NCBI GenBank assembly: GCA_963674745.2
Contig: CAXXDV010000003.1
Coordinates: 64,001 to 128,000, forward strand
Direction: 5' to 3'
Length of the DNA stretch: 64,000 nt
Origin: Desulfosudaceae bacterium
Lineage (GTDB): Bacteria > Desulfobacterota > Desulfobacteria > Desulfobacterales > Desulfosudaceae
The first letter of the stretch is position 1, and every line of letters begins with the position of its first letter. Below, piece after piece: positions 59,384-64,000 of this stretch. The position numbers and the translations under genes were made by a program. The notes beneath the pieces are model-generated. The model was not told the origin of the DNA. It worked only from the letters and a program-made list of their open reading frames with translations, and did no database searches.

Positions 59384-60961
59384 GTGGAAGAACATCTGGC
59401 TAAACGGTTGGCGGAGTTGGAATCGGTTCGGGAACGGGTCCGGGCGGGCGGTGGACCCGATAAAACAGAAAAACAGCATGCGGCCGGCAAGCTGACCGCC
59501 CGTGAACGGCTGGACCTGCTGCTGGACAAGGATAGCTTTTTTGAGATCAATATGCTGGCCGGACACGCGGTCAACATGCCGGGCGACGGACTGGTCTGCG
59601 GCAGCGGCGCGATTAACGGCCGGCAGGTGTTTGTTTATTCCCAGGACAAGACCGTTCGGGGTGGTTCGGTCGGTGTCGAGCACGGTTACAAGATGTATCG
59701 CGCCGTGGAGCGGGCCCTGGAAATGCAGGTGCCGCTCATCGGTCTCCATGATTCGCCGGGCGCGCGATTGCCCAGCGCGGCGGAACTGGAATGGCTGGGC
59801 GCCAACAAGCGGGCCATATTTTCCAATATATCCGCCAAACACGGCGGTTCCATTTTTTATCCCAATACGCATGCCTCGGGCGCGATACCTCAATTGTCAG
59901 CCATTCTCGGTACCTGCGCCGGCATATCCGTATATTCGCCGGCCTTGAATGATTTTATCTTCATGGTGGACAATATCAGCCAGATGTTTATCACCGGTCC
60001 CATGGTGGTCAAGATGGTTACCGGTGAGGATATCAGTATCGAAGATCTGGGCGGTGCCAGGGTGCACGCCCAGAAAACCGGTTCCTGCGATTTCCGCTGC
60101 CCGGACGAGCGTTTTTGCCTGTTGGAAATGCGTCGTTTGCTCGGTTTTCTGCCGGCCAACTGCGATGAAGCACCGCCTGTCTATCAGCCCGGCGACGATC
60201 CTGACCGGTCATGCGATGAACTCAACGACATCATGCCGGCCCAGCCCAATCAGCCCTATGATATGCGTCGGGTTATCGACGCCATCGTCGACAATCATGA
60301 TTTTATGGAAGTCAAAAAAGAATTTGCCGGGGAAATGATCACCGGTTTCGCCCGGCTGGACGGTAAATCTGTGGGCATCGTGGCCAACCAGCCCATGGTC
60401 ATGGCAGGATCACTGACCGTTGACAGCTCGGACAAGCAGGCCCGATTTATCCGGTTCTGTGACGCCTTTAATATTCCCTTGCTGATCCTGGCCGATACCC
60501 CGGCCTATATGCCGGGTTCGGGTCAGGAGCATAACGGTATCATCCGTCACGGGGCCAAGGTATTGTACGCCCTGTGCGAGGCCACCGTGCCCCGGATTTG
60601 TATCGCGTTGCGCAAGGCATACGGCGGCGGTAACCTGGGCATGGGGATTCTGCCGGGCCTGGGTACCGACATGGTTCTTTACTGGCCGACCATGGAAACC
60701 GGGATCCTGGGCGCCGAACAGTCCGTGATGTTGCTGTTCGGAAGTCATGAACGGGCCGGTGAACCGGGTTTTCTTGATGAGAAGCTCAAGGAATACCGTG
60801 AGTCCTACGCGAATCCTATTTATGATATTTCCTCGAATATCAATGTCGAAGATGTTATTACCCCGGCGGAAACCCGCAGCTATGTCATCCGGGCCTTTGA
60901 CATGTTGGCTTCAAAGAAAAGACCCCGTGCAGACAAGCGGCACGGAAACATTCCGCTTTAA
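59384..60961 (+). CDS. Acyl-CoA carboxyltransferase beta subunit (candidate alkylmalonyl-CoA decarboxylating unit)
   Basis: GKLTARERL, DSPGAR, GIVANQP, ARFIRFCDAFNIP and RHGNIPL motifs. Confidence 0.9.
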   Translation: MEEHLAKRLAELESVRERVRAGGGPDKTEKQHAAGKLTARERLDLLLDKDSFFEINMLAGHAVNMPGDGLVCGSGAINGRQVFVYSQDKTVRGGSVGVEHGYKMYRAVERALEMQVPLIGLHDSPGARLPSAAELEWLGANKRAIFSNISAKHGGSIFYPNTHASGAIPQLSAILGTCAGISVYSPALNDFIFMVDNISQMFITGPMVVKMVTGEDISIEDLGGARVHAQKTGSCDFRCPDERFCLLEMRRLLGFLPANCDEAPPVYQPGDDPDRSCDELNDIMPAQPNQPYDMRRVIDAIVDNHDFMEVKKEFAGEMITGFARLDGKSVGIVANQPMVMAGSLTVDSSDKQARFIRFCDAFNIPLLILADTPAYMPGSGQEHNGIIRHGAKVLYALCEATVPRICIALRKAYGGGNLGMGILPGLGTDMVLYWPTMETGILGAEQSVMLLFGSHERAGEPGFLDEKLKEYRESYANPIYDISSNINVEDVITPAETRSYVIRAFDMLASKKRPRADKRHGNIPL

Positions 60962-60973
60962 GGGGGTGATGAG

Positions 60974-61939
60974 ATGAAACCGATGACGAACCGGGTGACC
61001 GAAATCTTCGGTACCGCTTACCCGATTTCGCTGGGGCCCATGCGACAGATCACTCTTGGCACCATGGCCGGGGCCGTGTCCGCAGCCGGTGGCTTCGGAC
61101 AGGTGGCCGCATCCGGCCTGGGAAAAGCGGATCTGATAAAAGAGATTGAAACCGCCCGGGCCATTACCGACCGGCCGGTGGGTGTTAATATTCCCGTTTA
61201 TCGTTCCAATGCCCCGGAAATGCTGGAAGCCGCCATTGAATTGGGCGTGCGGACCATTACCACTTCAGCCGGTAATCCCGCCAAGATAATGGAACAGGCC
61301 AAACAGGCCGGTTTGCGGGTGGCGCATAAAGTGTCCACCGTGGCCATGGGCAGAAAAGCCGAGGCCGCCGGAGTTGATGCCGTTATCGGCATGGGATTTG
61401 AAGCCGGCGGGCATGTGGGGCGGGAAAAAATCACCACCATGTGCCTGGTACCGCAGCTGGTCGACGCCCTGTCTATTCCGGTGATTGCCGCCGGCGGCAT
61501 CGCCGATGCCAGGGGAGTTGTCGCGGCTTTTGCCCTGGGTGCTGAAGGCGTTGAAATTGGTACCCGCTTTGTGGCTACTGCCCAGGCGCCGGTGCCTGAT
61601 TTTTTCAAGAACCTGGTCATCGATGCCGAATGTGACGCGACGCTGTTGCTGGGCAAGGACGCCATGCCCATCCGGGTCCTGCGTAACGCGGTGACCGCCA
61701 TGGTGTCCGGGATGGACGAGGCCGAGGCCGACCGGCAGATGGTTTCAAAAGGCGATGCCACCTATATTCAGTCCGGTGGAAATGCCGACACCGCCGTTAT
61801 GCCCTGCGGGCAGATCGCCGGCCTGGTCCGGACGATTACCGATGTGGCGGGGATATTTGAAGAAATTACAACCGGCGCGGCCGCTGTTTCTCGACATGTG
61901 GCCGCGTTATTCCATTCAGAGGATGATCATGACGGATAA
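60974..61939 (+). CDS. FabK / nitronate monooxygenase-family flavoprotein
   Basis: GFEAGGHVG, PVIAAGGIADARG and GAEGVEIGTRF motifs. Confidence 0.88.
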   Translation: MKPMTNRVTEIFGTAYPISLGPMRQITLGTMAGAVSAAGGFGQVAASGLGKADLIKEIETARAITDRPVGVNIPVYRSNAPEMLEAAIELGVRTITTSAGNPAKIMEQAKQAGLRVAHKVSTVAMGRKAEAAGVDAVIGMGFEAGGHVGREKITTMCLVPQLVDALSIPVIAAGGIADARGVVAAFALGAEGVEIGTRFVATAQAPVPDFFKNLVIDAECDATLLLGKDAMPIRVLRNAVTAMVSGMDEAEADRQMVSKGDATYIQSGGNADTAVMPCGQIAGLVRTITDVAGIFEEITTGAAAVSRHVAALFHSEDDHDG

Positions 61940-62720
61940 TTATATTCTTACGGAAACAAAAAATCATGTCGCCTGGATCACGCTTAACCGGCCTGAGCGA
62001 TACAACGCTTTTGGCGGTTACATGCGTCAGCAGATTGTTCAGGCATTACAGGCGGCGGCCGAAGACAATGACGTGCGGGTGGTGGTGATTACCGGTACCC
62101 AAAAGTGGTTCTGTACCGGCGGCGATGTTCAGGAATTTGCCGACGGTGACACCAAGGCCCTGGAAGAGACCGCCTCCAACCGGCGGCCGGCCATGTGCGA
62201 GGCCGTCCTGGCGATTAATCAGATGGAAAAACCGGTTATTGCCTCGGTGAACGGAATGGCTGCCGGCGGTGGGTGTAACCTGGCCCTGGCCTGTGACATC
62301 CGGATTGCCGGAGACCAGGCCCGGTTCGCCCAGGTATTTACCCGTCGGGGTGTCCATCCCGACTGGGGCGGCATTTATTTTCTGCCCCGGTTGGTGGGTT
62401 ATGCCAAGGCCGCAGAGCTGATTTTCAGTGGTGATATCGTCAAGGCCGAGGACGCTTTTCAGATGGGAATGGTCAACAAGCTGGTACCCCAGGACCAATT
62501 GACCGGGGCCACCCGGGAGATGGCTGAGCGGATTGCCGGTAATGCCCCCATCCCGGTTGCTTTTGCCAAACGCGGCCTGCAGAATTTTCATCGCTGGGAC
62601 CTGTCCCAGGCACTGGATTATGAATGCTATGTGCTTGAAATGTGCCGCAAGACGGAAGATATCATCGAAGGATTCGGTGCTTTTCTGGAAAAACGGGAGC
62701 CGCAATTCAAGGGCCGGTAA
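61929..62720 (+). CDS. Enoyl-CoA hydratase/isomerase family protein (AssJ-like)
   Basis: ITLNRPERYNA, FCTGGD, KPVIASVNGMAAGGG and FLEKREPQFKGR motifs. Confidence 0.9.
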   Translation: MTDNYILTETKNHVAWITLNRPERYNAFGGYMRQQIVQALQAAAEDNDVRVVVITGTQKWFCTGGDVQEFADGDTKALEETASNRRPAMCEAVLAINQMEKPVIASVNGMAAGGGCNLALACDIRIAGDQARFAQVFTRRGVHPDWGGIYFLPRLVGYAKAAELIFSGDIVKAEDAFQMGMVNKLVPQDQLTGATREMAERIAGNAPIPVAFAKRGLQNFHRWDLSQALDYECYVLEMCRKTEDIIEGFGAFLEKREPQFKGR

Positions 62721-62772
62721 CCGGAAGCCTTTTAAATTCATATGGCGTACATTCAAGAAGCAAGGAGACATA

Positions 62773-63183
62773 ATGAAAGTCAGTGATGCCGTAAAGCAGT
62801 TTTTTTCGAGCCGGGAGCGCACCAATATTCTGGCCACTACCGGGACCGACGGAAAAGTGAATGTGGCCGCTTTCGGTTCCCCCGCTCTGGACGGGGAGGA
62901 CCGCGTCAGCATGCTGCTGGGGGACAACCGCACCTGGGCCAACCTGAATCATAATCCCCACGGCGCCTTTCTCATTATCATGCACGGCAGCACGGGCATG
63001 GGCATGCAGGGATGCCGGCTGTATGTAAAAGCCATACAGATGTCGGATTCCGGACCTGAGTTTGACGCCCGCATGGATGAAATCCGCGCCCGCATCGGTG
63101 ACGCGGCCGACATGCTCAAACACCTGGTCGTTTTCGAGGTGCTGGAGGTCCGGCCCATCCTGGATCTGGGACAGGGTGTCTGA
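62773..63183 (+). CDS. Pyridoxamine 5'-phosphate oxidase-like (FMN split barrel) protein
   Basis: AAGGAG RBS; LATTGTDGKVNVA, RTWANLNHNP and GCRLY motifs. Confidence 0.8.
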   Translation: MKVSDAVKQFFSSRERTNILATTGTDGKVNVAAFGSPALDGEDRVSMLLGDNRTWANLNHNPHGAFLIIMHGSTGMGMQGCRLYVKAIQMSDSGPEFDARMDEIRARIGDAADMLKHLVVFEVLEVRPILDLGQGV

Positions 63184-63205
63184 TGATGAAAAAACATTGT
63201 TTACC

Positions 63206-64000
63206 ATGCAGGGCCTGACATTATCCGGAAAATACTTTGAGACCTTTGGCCGGCCCCTGATCGAGCGCCGGTTCGGTCATGTCCGCGACCGGATTGCCGT
63301 CGGACTGGTGGGAGACGGTTCGGAATGTTACGGTTTTGATGATGAGATTTCCCGGGACCATGACTGGGGTCCGGGGTTCTGCGTCTGGTTGACGGCTGAA
63401 GATTACCGGGCATTCGGACCGGCATTGCAGGCGGCCATCGACGGGCTGCCACCGGTGTTCGAGGGATTCGGCCCCCGTTGTCAGAGCCGGTGGGGGCAGG
63501 GCCGTGTCGGCGTATTTGAGATCGGGGCGTTCTATCGACACTTTATCGGTCGGGAATCGGCGCCTGAATATCCTGAAGAATGGCTGCTGCTGCCGGAAAC
63601 GGCACTGGCGGCCTGCACCAACGGTGAGGTTTTTACCGATCCCGCGGGTGAATTCACCCGCTGCCGCCGGGCCCTGTTGGATTTTTATCCGGAAGACGTC
63701 CGGCTGAAAAAGATCGCTTCCCGCTGCATGACCATCGGTCAGTCCGGCCAGTACAATTACCCCCGATGCGTCAAAAGAGGCGACACTTTCGGCGCCCGTT
63801 ATGCCATCATTAAATTCTGTGCCGACTATTTTTCAGCCATATTTCTGTTCAATAAACGATACATGCCCTTTTATAAATGGGTTGCCCGGGCAGCGGAAAC
63901 GCTGCCGCTGCTGGGCCGCACCAGCCGGGAAAGAATCATCCGGCTGCTGAATGAAATCAATCCGGTCGATTGTGAGGAAATCATTGACTCCCTTTGCGCC
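63206..64000 (+). CDS. DUF4037-domain protein (nucleotidyltransferase-like), 3'-truncated by the window edge
   Basis: Hand translation gives MQGLTLSGKYFETFG...AVGLVGDGSECYGFDDEISRDHDWGPGFCVWL; open to the window end. Confidence 0.8.
   Translation, partial: MQGLTLSGKYFETFGRPLIERRFGHVRDRIAVGLVGDGSECYGFDDEISRDHDWGPGFCVWLTAEDYRAFGPALQAAIDGLPPVFEGFGPRCQSRWGQGRVGVFEIGAFYRHFIGRESAPEYPEEWLLLPETALAACTNGEVFTDPAGEFTRCRRALLDFYPEDVRLKKIASRCMTIGQSGQYNYPRCVKRGDTFGARYAIIKFCADYFSAIFLFNKRYMPFYKWVARAAETLPLLGRTSRERIIRLLNEINPVDCEEIIDSLCA

Overview
This 64-kb window looks like a Desulfobacterales-type sulfate-reducer chromosome (inferred from gene content). It has four blocks. (1) 0-7 kb: a DUF2786 gene, mscS, a DUF2780 gene, and a 1363-aa surface protein preceded by a c-di-GMP-I riboswitch. 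(2) 7-17 kb: a nitrosative-stress module (NapC-type tetraheme, octaheme HAO-like cytochrome, hcp, HcpR-type regulator with two identical operator boxes, HD protein, Fe-S protein), then a radical SAM enzyme, a methyltransferase and mgtE. (3) 17-36 kb: a sigma54-linked chemosensory/c-di-GMP cluster (cheAWRDBY, MCPs, HD-GYP, PilZ, hybrid kinase, NtrC-type regulator). (4) 36-64 kb: an anaerobic alkane-activation (fumarate addition) island with a PAS sigma54 activator, split B12 mutase plus MeaB, an intact ISL3, MmgE/PrpD, the activating enzyme, a porin pair, assC-assA-assB-masE, an AAA+/VWA pair, CoA ligase, carboxyltransferase, FabK-like enzyme, enoyl-CoA hydratase and DUF4125/DUF4037 genes. The best candidate for something new is a 113-codon gene at 53805-54146 that the ORF track misses. 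It is a MasE-like CxxC...CxxC protein with one in-frame TGA followed by a SECIS-like hairpin, i.e. a candidate selenoprotein inside the alkylsuccinate synthase operon. All assignments come from motif recognition by eye; no searches were run.
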